The notes beneath the pieces are model-generated. The model was not told the origin of the DNA. It did not search any database and saw nothing but the letters and a program-made list of their open reading frames with translations. The position numbers were made by a program, and so were the translations under genes. From an uncultured Chloroflexia bacterium (GTDB lineage Bacteria > Chloroflexota > Anaerolineae > Anaerolineales > RBG-16-64-43), in the NCBI GenBank assembly GCA_963724345.1, contig CAVRUI010000001.1:14201-78200 (forward strand): a stretch of DNA of 64,000 nt. The letters are read 5' to 3'. This document shows positions 49,921 to 60,424 of this stretch, one piece after another. The number at the start of each line of letters is the position of its first letter. The first letter of the stretch is position 1.

Positions 49921-51347
49921 ATGCTGCGTGTTCGGGGATCGGAAATCGTCGATGCGGAAGGGCGGAGCATCCGGCTGCGGGGGGTGTGCGTCGGAGGCTG
50001 GATGAACATGGAAAATTTCATCAACGGGTACCCCGGGGATGAAAGCGGGACCCGCCGCGCCATGGGGGAAATTCTTGGTCCGGCGCGGGCGGAATTCCTC
50101 TTCGACCGCTGGCTGGATTATTTCTTCAACGAGGACGACGCCGCATACCTGAAGGAGTGCGGCGCAAACGTCGTCCGCCTGCCGCTCAATTACCGGCACT
50201 TCGAGGCCGATGGAGATCCGTACCGCTATTTGGAAAAGGGATTCGAACGCCTGTCGAAGGTCATCGGGGCCTGCGCGCGGGCCGGGCTGTATGTGATCCT
50301 GGATTTGCACGCCGTGCAGGGGTGGCAGAACACCGACTGGCACTCCGATAATGCCAGCCGGCATTCGCTGATCTGGGGCCATCCGCATTTTCAGGATCGG
50401 TTTATCGCATTGTGGAAGGAGATCGCGCGGCGATACCGGGGCGTCGACGCCGTGGCCGGGTACAACCTGATGAACGAGCCGTTCACGGGGGTGCTCCGCC
50501 GGGCGGTTCCGGGCTTACCATCCCTCCGATTGGGCGGCCATAAACAAGCTGTACCGGCGCGCGGCGGGCGCCGTCCGCGAGGTCGATGCCGACCACATCA
50601 TCTTCCTGGAAGGGGATTACTACTCGACAAGATTTTCCAAGCTCGACCCTCCCTTCGCGCCCAACCTGGTGTACAGCAGCCACAACTACACGCCGGCGGG
50701 TCTGTTCTCGGGCAGGTACCCGGGGAAATTCGACGGGAAGACCTGGAATAAAAAGCGCCAGGCGGACGTTTTCAACGCGGGCGAAGGCACGGTTTTTACG
50801 CAACAGTACCAAGTTCCGCTGTGGGTCGGCGAGTTCGGATCGTTGTACACCGGACCGGCGGCGGACGCGGCCTACCGTCTGCGCGCGCTTGACGAACAGA
50901 TCGCCGTTTTCGAGGAGCACGCGGCGCACTGGACGATCTGGACCTACAAGGACGTCGGCGTGATGGGGATCGTGACGGTCGATCCGAAGAGCGAGTATAT
51001 GCGTTTGATCCGGCCGATCCTGCGCGCCAAGCATCTCTTGGGGACGGATTCCTGGCTGGATAGGCCGGCGGGGAAAACTCCCGTTCACAAGGCGGTCGAG
51101 CGGCTGGCGGGAATCGCCGAACGGACGATCGGCGACCCGGAGATCGACCATCCATCCAATCGCAGGTACATGGCGCAAGCGCTGCAGGCGGGCTATTTCG
51201 CGAGCCTGATGCAGCCGGCCTTCGCCAAGCGCTTCAAGGGTCTCTCGGAGATCGCAGATCGACGGGGTCATGCAGTCGTTCGCCTTGCGCAACTGCAAGG
51301 TGCAGAAGGGGCTGGCCGAGGTGATGAAGAAGTATTGGCGGGGGTAA
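49921..51347 (+). CDS. Glycoside hydrolase family 5 (two +1 frameshifts, near 50490 and 51255)
   Basis: GGWMNME, NVVRLP, ILDLHA, YNLMNEP (acid/base), LWVGEFG (nucleophile), WTYK. Confidence 0.85.
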
Positions 51348-51385
51348 TAATGCAGGGGCGACCCAGTGGGCCGCCTGTGGATGAC

Positions 51386-51414
51386 GTAGGGGCGACCCAA
51401 TGGGTCGCCCCTAC
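51386..51414. repeat. GTAG-type REP palindrome
   Basis: Identical to 10596-10624; a degenerate copy lies immediately upstream. Confidence 0.85.
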
Positions 51415-51582
51415 AAACGCGGTCCCCGCCAGGGGTTCACACCCGCTTCGCGAGTGCAGGCGCGGGGATGACGGAGCGTTTACCAATGGGGGTGGCCGAT
51501 AAGCCGGCACCCAGTCGGGACCTTGTGGAACCGTAATTCCTGGACCCCGGCCAAGAACACGCCGGGGTGACGGAGGGAAACA

Positions 51583-51607
51583 ACCGGGCGGCCAATCGGC
51601 CGCCCGG
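51583..51607. terminator. Hairpin between the convergent GH5 and ahcY genes
   Basis: ccgggcggcc-aatc-ggccgcccgg. Confidence 0.6.
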
Positions 51608-51691
51608 ACTTCATATCTATACCCGCGTCTTCCCCCTCCTCTATCCTCCCCCGTTAGCGTTGAAAGAGCGGCTAACGGGGGAGGAAGGGGG

Positions 51692-53077
<1,386 letters not shown>

Positions 53078-53080
<3 letters not shown>

Positions 53081-54034
53081 GGTCAGAATTTTTTCCACCA
53101 TCGGATCTTTTCCGAACGCTTTTTCATAACGGGCGAGAAATTCCGCCCGGGTGAACTTGTGGTTCTGGGTTCCCACTTCCTCGATGCAATAGGTGGCCGC
53201 CAGCGCTCCCATCCGGCCGCAAATGTCCCACGGCGCCTTGTGCATCATTCCTTTAAGAAGCCCGCCGCGGAACGCGTCGCCCACGCCGGTCGGGTCGGCC
53301 ACGCGCACCGCCGGGACGATCGGCAATTCGATCACTGTGGCGCCGGCCTTGATCCGCGAGCCCTTTTCCCCGAGCGTCACGATCACGGTCTCCACCGCCG
53401 CCTCGAGCGCCGCCTCGGTGCGGCCGGTCTTCTTGGCGATCAGCCCGAATTCGTATTCGTTGCAGATCAGGATCTTGCAGGCGTCGATCCCGACCGCGAC
53501 GTCCGCCCCGTCCATCCGCGCCACCTGCTGCGAGGGATCGTACATCAGCGGCAGGCCGAGCGTGCGGCATTCGCGGGCGTATTTCATCATCGCCGCCGGA
53601 TCGTTGGGGGAGATCACGACCCAATCCGGCCGCGGATTGATCCCGGCAACCGAGAGTTCGGCGGCGCGGGCCATCGCACCCGGGTAGAAGGAAGCCAGCT
53701 GGCTGTTGGATTTATCGGTGGTGGCGAAGAAGGAACCGGTGTAGCAATCGGCATATTCCTTCGTGAGGGACGTATCCACGCCGACCGCTTCCAGCGCCGA
53801 GCGGTATTCCGCGAAATCCTTGCCCACGGTGGCCATCAGGTACGGCCGCTCGCCCAGCAGCGCGAGCGTGTAGGCGATGTTCCCGGCGATCCCGCCGCGG
53901 TGCCTTTGCAGAGTATCCACCAGGAACGACAGGCTGAGGGAATCCAGTTTTTCGGGAAGGATCTGCTCGCGGAACAGACCCGGGAACGTCATCAGGTTGT
54001 CGAATGCGACCGAGCCGGTGAGGACTACCTTCAT
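53078..54034 (-). CDS. PfkB-family adenosine kinase
   Basis: TGSVAFD, LSLSFLVD, GGIAGNIAY, DPTGVGDAFRGG; cotranscribed with ahcY. Confidence 0.88.
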
Positions 54035-54084
54035 CGTAAACTCCCGCACAAAAAGCGCTCCCCTTGCGAGAGCGCCGCCGGAAT

Positions 54085-54113
54085 ATGGTAACATGCGCTG
54101 GCGGCTTTGTCAA
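54085..54113 (-). promoter_or_regulatory. Sigma70 promoter of the kinase-ahcY operon
   Basis: TTGACA-N17-TACCAT on the minus strand. Confidence 0.7.
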
Positions 54114-54258
54114 AAACGGCCGATGTATTTCCCATTCGTTGGGAGAATGGGAGTCTTCTAAAAAATCCAGGCAGCAGCCGGCTTTTATTATGGAGGCCGT
54201 CCTGAGCCCTGGAAGGGCGAAGGATCGCGTTAGAGAGATCATACCGATTGGCCAACTT

Positions 54259-56643
54259 ATGAAGAACGCATTTCCGATTTTCCTCTTGCTCCCGGCGCTG
54301 CTCTCCGCCTGCGCGCTTCCCATCGCGGAAACGCCGCATGCGGTCACAACCTCGCCCGTCACGCCGCTGCCGACGATCGGCCCCTCGCCGACGCCGACGA
54401 TCCTCGCGACGGCGACTCCCTCACCCAACGAAAGCATCCGGCTCGGCGACCGCGCGCTGCTGAACGGGGACTGGGACGCCGCGATCGCGCACTACAACGC
54501 CGCGCTGGCCGCGGGTGTGGAGAGCGAACGCGCGGCTTTCTTCCTGGCGCGGGCGACGTACCTCGCGGGGAATCCAGCCGAGGCGCGCGGGATGCTCGAG
54601 GGAATGCTTGCCAACCTTCCGGCGGGAGAATATGCCGGGCGGGCGAATCTTCTGCTGGGGGATATCACCGCGGCGCAGCAGGATTGGGGGGCGTCGGTCG
54701 CGGCCTATCAGCGGTTCCTGGCGATCGCGCCCGGAATCCTGAACGATGTCGTGCAGGAACGGGTCGGCAATTCCTCGCTGGCCGGCGGGCTGACCGATCA
54801 GGCTGTGCAGGCCTATGGCGCCGCGGCGGATGCCTCCGATCCGGCAAACCGGCTGCGGCTGATCGAAAAAGAAGCCGACGCGCTTACGGCGGCGAAGCTC
54901 GGGGGAGCGGCGATCCCCCTGTACCAGGAGGTGCTGGCCGGAGTATCCAGCGGTAATTCCAAGGCGCGCCTCAACCAGAAAATCGGCAGTGTGCTGATCG
55001 CGCTCGGCCGGACGGAGGAGGGATACTCGTATTTTCAGGCGGCGCTGCAATACCCGGCCGCGCCGGATGCGTTCGGCTGCCTGGCGGAGCTCCTGCATGC
55101 CGGGTATTCGGTGTACGACATCACCCGCGGGGTGATCGATTATTACGCCGGGGAATACGGCACCGCCGTCGCGGTGCTTTCCAATCATCTGAGCGGGGCG
55201 GCCGACGAGAAGGCCAAGGCGCTGTACTTCCGCGGCCTCTCCTACCGCGCGCTGGACCAGCCGGAAAACGCGAAGACGGATTTGGACACTGCGGCCGCGC
55301 TTGGCCCGGCCAGCGGATACTGGGATCTGGCGCTGTTCGAATCCGCCTATACGCGTTGGGCGTGGCTGGATGACTACGCCGGCGCGGCCGGGATCCTGAC
55401 CGGCCTGACGGATGCGATGCCGGCTCACCCGCGCGCGGCGGAGGCGCTATTCACGGCCGCGCGGATCGCCGAACGCGGCGGCGACCTCGCGCTTGCGGCA
55501 CAACTCTGGATGCGCATGGCGCAGGATTACCCGGGGGATTCGAGTGCGATGGAAGCGCGCCACCAGACGGGGATCGCGTTGTACCGCAGCGGGGACTGGG
55601 TCGGCGCGGAAAACGCCTGGGCGGCGGGCGCATCCTCGGGCGACGGATATACGCGGTCGCAGGCGCTGTTCTGGACGGCGAAGGCGCGCGAAAAGCGCGG
55701 CGATGCCGGCGGCTCAAAGGCGGCCCTCGAGCAGGCCGAGGCCGCTTCGCCGACCGATTATTATTCCGAGCGCGCGGCCGACCTGCTCGCCGGAACCGGA
55801 GCCTTCGCCCGCTCCTTCGATATCAACCTTGTATTTGACATTGATGCAGAGTACCTGCAGGCCGAGGCCTGGGTGCAGTCGGTTTTCCCGGCGGAACTGC
55901 CGATGGATCAGCGCTACGCCGGCGTGCGGAACGATCCGCGCCTTCTGCGCGGGCGGATCCTGTGGGATACCGGCCTTACCGACGACGCCCGGTACGAGTT
56001 CGACAGCCTGTGGTCCTCGGCGGGAAGCGATCCGGCCGGGTCGCTCTACCTCAGCCGGTATTTTGCGACGATCGGGTACTACCCCGGAGCGATCCAGGCC
56101 GCGCGCAAGGTGCTCGACGCGGCCGGTTTGAACGACGAGCAGATGCTTGCCGCGCCCGCCTACTTCAGCCATATCCGCTTCGGACCGCACTTTGCGGACA
56201 TCCTCGTCCCGCAGGCGGCCCGCTTCTCGCTCCCTCCCTTGCTGCTCTTCGCGCTGGTGCGGCAGGAGTCGCTCTTCGGCGTCTCGGCCGCCTCGGCCGC
56301 CAACGCGCACGGCCTGATGCAGCTGATCCCGTCGACGGCGGAAGCGGTCGCGGCCGATCTTGGGATGAGCGGATTGACGCTTGCGGATCTCTACCGGCCG
56401 GTCATCAACGTCCAGCTCGGCGCGGCGTACCTGGCCCAGCAGCGCGACGCATTCGGCGGCAATATGTTCATGGCGCTGGCGGCCTACAACGGCGGGCCGG
56501 GCAGCGCCGCCTTCTGGCGCGACCTGGCCGGCGGTGATGATGATTTATTCGTGGAGGTCATCCGATACGAGGAGACGAGGAATTACGTGAGGCGGATTTA
56601 CGAGAACTACGCCATTTACAGTGATATTTATCAGGTGGCGTAG
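54259..56643 (+). CDS. TPR-containing soluble lytic transglycosylase (Slt70-like) lipoprotein
   Basis: LSAC lipobox; TPR helices; RQES, GLMQL, AAYNGG, ETRNYV. Confidence 0.9.
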   Translation: MKNAFPIFLLLPALLSACALPIAETPHAVTTSPVTPLPTIGPSPTPTILATATPSPNESIRLGDRALLNGDWDAAIAHYNAALAAGVESERAAFFLARATYLAGNPAEARGMLEGMLANLPAGEYAGRANLLLGDITAAQQDWGASVAAYQRFLAIAPGILNDVVQERVGNSSLAGGLTDQAVQAYGAAADASDPANRLRLIEKEADALTAAKLGGAAIPLYQEVLAGVSSGNSKARLNQKIGSVLIALGRTEEGYSYFQAALQYPAAPDAFGCLAELLHAGYSVYDITRGVIDYYAGEYGTAVAVLSNHLSGAADEKAKALYFRGLSYRALDQPENAKTDLDTAAALGPASGYWDLALFESAYTRWAWLDDYAGAAGILTGLTDAMPAHPRAAEALFTAARIAERGGDLALAAQLWMRMAQDYPGDSSAMEARHQTGIALYRSGDWVGAENAWAAGASSGDGYTRSQALFWTAKAREKRGDAGGSKAALEQAEAASPTDYYSERAADLLAGTGAFARSFDINLVFDIDAEYLQAEAWVQSVFPAELPMDQRYAGVRNDPRLLRGRILWDTGLTDDARYEFDSLWSSAGSDPAGSLYLSRYFATIGYYPGAIQAARKVLDAAGLNDEQMLAAPAYFSHIRFGPHFADILVPQAARFSLPPLLLFALVRQESLFGVSAASAANAHGLMQLIPSTAEAVAADLGMSGLTLADLYRPVINVQLGAAYLAQQRDAFGGNMFMALAAYNGGPGSAAFWRDLAGGDDDLFVEVIRYEETRNYVRRIYENYAIYSDIYQVA

Positions 56644-56672
56644 GGGCGGAATATTACGGTTATGAAAAAGCA

Positions 56673-56880
56673 CGTCATGCCCGCGTGGGTTTCGTAGAGG
56701 CGGTTGTTTGGATTAAAAACGTCATCCCCGCGCCTGCCCTCGCGGAGAATCCCGGCTCGCATCAGGTTTTTGAGCCGGGATGAATCGGAGCGGGGGTGAT
56801 CTTAGCGGGGATCCAGTGTTGTCTTCGACCTTAATTGGTTAATTCCTGGATGCCCGCCAGGTTCACGCGGGCATGACGAC
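56673..56880. repeat. Nested GTCAT palindromic repeat
   Basis: gtcatgcccgcg..., gtcatccccgcgcctgccctcgcg...gcggggatccag..., ctggatgcccgc...cgcgggcatgac. Confidence 0.7.
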
Positions 56881-56924
56881 CGCCAGTTCATCCTGTAAAT
56901 CCTGTCTATTTCCCCGCCGGATGT

Positions 56925-57482
56925 TTACGGATATGCTTCGGGGTTCTTTAATTTTTCGCGGAACGCGATCCGGAACTTGCGGACCTTCGGATTGATCGTC
57001 AGCGCGCAATACATCTGGTTCGGGTTGTTTTTAAAATAATTCTGGTGGTACCCCTCGGCTGCGTAAAACTTGGTGAACGGCACGAGCTCGGTGACGATCG
57101 GAAGCGGCCACAGCTTCTCGTCCTCGATCTTGCGTTTGGATTTCAAGGCCGCCTGCTGCTGGGCATCGTCGTGGTAGAAAATAGCCGAGCGGTATTGCGT
57201 GCCGACGTCCGGCCCCTGGCGGTTGAGCGTGGTCGGGTCGTGCGTATGCCAGAAGATCTCGAGCAGCTCTTCGTATGTGACCACCTTTGGATCGAAGGTG
57301 ATCTGCAGGGCTTCGGCGTGGCCGGTCATCCCGGTGGATACTTCCTCGTAGGTTGGATCGACTTTCTTCCCGCCGGTGTATCCGGATACCACGTGATCCA
57401 CGCCGCGCACATCCTGGAAGACCGCTTCGATGCACCAGAAGCATCCGGCGGCGAAGGTGGCGGTTTCGAATTTGTCGGACAT
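56925..57482 (-). CDS. msrA: Peptide-methionine (S)-S-oxide reductase
   Basis: AGCFWC, GYTGG, HDPTTLNRQG.D.GTQYRS, AEGYHQNY. Confidence 0.96.
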   Translation of the reverse strand: MSDKFETATFAAGCFWCIEAVFQDVRGVDHVVSGYTGGKKVDPTYEEVSTGMTGHAEALQITFDPKVVTYEELLEIFWHTHDPTTLNRQGPDVGTQYRSAIFYHDDAQQQAALKSKRKIEDEKLWPLPIVTELVPFTKFYAAEGYHQNYFKNNPNQMYCALTINPKVRKFRIAFREKLKNPEAYP

Positions 57483-57642
57483 GGGTGCCTCACTTTCTCC
57501 TGCGTTCCCGATTTATTCGAGTATATTATTTCGGGATTCTTCCACGAAGAGCACCAAGAGCACGAATTATGAAATTCTATCGCTTTATGCTATTCGTGCT
57601 CTTCGTGGATCACTTTCTCCAACGGCTCAGCCTAATTTCTCC

Positions 57643-58455
57643 TCAAAGAGAATAGTACAACAACCTGTGCGCCTTGGCCGCGGCCGGAAACAACCCGGCC
57701 AGGCCGAACATCAGGCGCACGCCGAAATTCAATTTGCGGATATCTTCCGATTTGAAAAAGGTCCATTCCTCCTTAAGGCGGATCCCCGGGGCCCAGGTTT
57801 CGATCTGCTTCGGGTCGTCGATTCCCCAATGGACCGTGGCGCCGGTTGTTTTCAACACGTCGGCGCGATGGATGTTCCGCGCGGTCAGCGTGCTGAAGGC
57901 GTCGAAGGCGATCTCGCAGCCCGGGAAGGCTTCCCGCAGGCGCAACAGGAGCTCCTTCACCCGATCCTCGGAGAGGTACATCAACAACCCTTCGGCGGCG
58001 ATGAAGACCGGTCGGTTGCGGGGGATTTGCTCCATCCAGCGGAAGTCGGTGACGGAAGAAGCGATCATGCGATAGCGGGGGGATTCGGCGAAAAACTTGC
58101 GGCGCAATTCGATCACATCCGGAAGGTCGAGGTCGAACCAGCGGACGCGGCCGTTGTCGACGCGCAAGAAGCGCGTATCCAACCCGCAGCCGAGGTGCAG
58201 GACGATCCCGTCCGGATTGCGGGTGAGGAACCCGCGGACGTAATCGTCCAGCCGCTTGGCGCGGATGAAGATGGTCAGGCGCGTGCCGGGTTTAACCTTC
58301 AAGCGGGAAAAATCGTAATCGACCTTCTCCACAATCTTCCACGCCTCGTCGTCCTGGAACACGCCCTTCGGCGCGGCGAGAGTCCGGCAGTAGAGGGTGA
58401 TCATCAATGTTTCCTGCCCGGCGGTGAGAGTGACTTTTTCTTTTGGTTCGGGCAT
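57643..58455 (-). CDS. Class I SAM-dependent methyltransferase (LCM/TcmP-like)
   Basis: ETLMITLY, LGCGLDTR, DLDLPDVI..R, AEGLLMYL. Confidence 0.9.
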   Translation of the reverse strand: MPEPKEKVTLTAGQETLMITLYCRTLAAPKGVFQDDEAWKIVEKVDYDFSRLKVKPGTRLTIFIRAKRLDDYVRGFLTRNPDGIVLHLGCGLDTRFLRVDNGRVRWFDLDLPDVIELRRKFFAESPRYRMIASSVTDFRWMEQIPRNRPVFIAAEGLLMYLSEDRVKELLLRLREAFPGCEIAFDAFSTLTARNIHRADVLKTTGATVHWGIDDPKQIETWAPGIRLKEEWTFFKSEDIRKLNFGVRLMFGLAGLFPAAAKAHRLLYYSL

Positions 58456-58576
58456 GGCGTCTACTCCCTTGCCGGATTTGCCGGTCGAGTAGGCCGCGGC
58501 TCTGAGCGGCCGTATCGAGACCGAACAATCTCACATCTTCATAGCCGCCGGTCTCGATCCGCCCGAAAAGCGCGGG

Positions 58577-59011
58577 CTACTCGACCGACTTGCTGGCTTC
58601 CCAGAATATCGTCATCCCGGCGCCGAATTTCCCGTTCGGGCGGCGCATAAACCCATACCGCTCGTAAAACTCCTCTTTCCCCCAGGCGGACATCAATCCG
58701 ACGATCGTATGCTCGACGGCGTGGCGGCGGATGTATTCCATGATCCGGTCCATCAACCGTTTGCCGATCCCCTCGCCCTGCCGGGCCGGATCCACGATCA
58801 CATCCTGGATGTAGTACACCATCCCGCCGTCGCCGATGATCCGCGCCATGCCGACGATCTTTCCCTGCGCGCGGGCGCAAAGGCAATAATGCGAATTCCG
58901 CAGCGAGGGCGCGATCGCGGCCGGATCGGGGATGGTCCACCCGACCAATTTACGCAGCGCGATGTATTCCTCGGGAGTGGGATATTCTTCGGCAAGGATG
59001 ATTTCTTCCAT
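58577..59011 (-). CDS. GNAT N-acetyltransferase
   Basis: VGMARIIGDG, DVIVDPARQGEGIG, FYERYGF. Confidence 0.92.
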   Translation of the reverse strand: MEEIILAEEYPTPEEYIALRKLVGWTIPDPAAIAPSLRNSHYCLCARAQGKIVGMARIIGDGGMVYYIQDVIVDPARQGEGIGKRLMDRIMEYIRRHAVEHTIVGLMSAWGKEEFYERYGFMRRPNGKFGAGMTIFWEASKSVE

Positions 59012-59036
59012 GGTGTCTCCCGACGGAGGACGCCGG

Positions 59037-59433
59037 TCAGGGCTTTTTCAATCCGGTGATGTTGCCGGCGGAATCGGTGAGGAACGTCCCCTTGCTCAGG
59101 TCGAGCAGGACGAGCTCGTTCCCCCACGGATCGCGGACCACGGCGGCGCGGCCGACGGGGATGTCGAACGGCGGTACGACGACCGCGCCCCCGGCGCCGG
59201 ACGAATGCCGCCACGGCTTTCTCCGCGGATTCCACTTTCCAATCCATCGCCTCCGCCGGACCTTTGGTGAAAAGCATGAGCTCGCAGTCCGAATCGGGCA
59301 GGCGCAAGGCGGCCGAATCGGCGGTGCGCCAGATCAGCTCATGCCCCAACCGGTCCCGATAAAAGCCGAGCCCCGCCTCTAGGTCCGGGACGGGCAGGCG
59401 GATGCAATCGGGTTTTTGAAGAAGTGGTTTCAT
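59037..59433 (-). CDS. VOC/glyoxalase family protein (one +1 frameshift near 59198)
   Basis: VPDLEAGLGFYRDRLG; the corrected frame gives AGGAVVVPPFDIPVGRAAVVRDPWGNELVLLD. Confidence 0.82.
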
Positions 59434-59621
59434 CGGCGGCTCCGTGAGTGCTCACATAATTTTACCCCCTCCTCTGTCCTCCCCCGTTTATCAAGAGACA
59501 AAGGCGATAAACGGGGAGGATTCTTACTCCACGAAGGGCACGAAGGAAATTCTGAAGAACACGAATAATAATTTATTCTTCGTGTTCTTCAGGTTTTCTT
59601 CGTGTCCTTCGTGGATTCTCT

Positions 59622-60098
59622 TTAGCGGACGGCTTCCGCCTCGCCGGAGACGGCCTTCACCGCGCGCTCGACGCTGTCCTCGGGTTTGACGTTCACCTGG
59701 ACATCCGCCAGAGTGCCGTTTTCGTCGATCACGAAGTGGCTGCGGATCACGCCGGGGACCGGCAGCCCGCTCCGCCAAACGCCGTACATCCGCGCGACGC
59801 TGTGATCCTTGTCGGCCAGGAGCGGGAAGGGAAGGTGATACTTCTCGCGGAACTTGCGGTGCGACGCAACGTCATCGGGGCTGACTCCCAGGACGACGGC
59901 GTTCCCTTCCTCGATTCGTTCGAAATTGTCGCGGAAACCGCAGGCCTGGGTCGTGCATCCGGATGTGAAGTCCATGGGGTAGAAGTAAAGGATCACCCGC
60001 TTGCCGCGATAATCCGAGAGCTTGATGGTTTTTCCGGTATCGCTGGGAAGTTCGAAATTCGGCGCTTCGTCGCCGATGGAAAGGATTTTGTCGTTCAT
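59622..60098 (-). CDS. bcp: BCP/PrxQ thiol peroxidase
   Basis: YFYPMDFTSGCTTQACGFRD. Confidence 0.92.
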   Translation of the reverse strand: MNDKILSIGDEAPNFELPSDTGKTIKLSDYRGKRVILYFYPMDFTSGCTTQACGFRDNFERIEEGNAVVLGVSPDDVASHRKFREKYHLPFPLLADKDHSVARMYGVWRSGLPVPGVIRSHFVIDENGTLADVQVNVKPEDSVERAVKAVSGEAEAVR

Positions 60099-60424
60099 TT
60101 CAGCCTCCTGCCACGCCGGGTTGCTCCATCCATCGTTCGGAGGGCATCCAGGAGGGGATGGAGCACCCGGCGATTAAAATTACCCCCGATGCATATGAGT
60201 GTTTGAAGAGGATGTGATTTGTTTTATTCTGGATGCTGATAAATGGAGATTGTTAATCCTGGTTTAATTTGTATATACCGCACGGAAACCGACCCGTTTT
60301 TATTCTCCTTCATTCTCGTATAACGGGGATTTCCACCATCCCATCCCACCTCCCCCTGTCCCTCGCTGCCGCTCGGGACGTCCCCTCCTCCCTTCCCGTA
60401 TCACGGGAAGGGAGGAGGGAATTC

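Noticed and set aside
51418-51575. Possible structured ncRNA (6S- or SRP-like)
   Set aside because: The segments match arms of the dispersed GTCAT repeat family, and no SRP or 6S signature was recognised.
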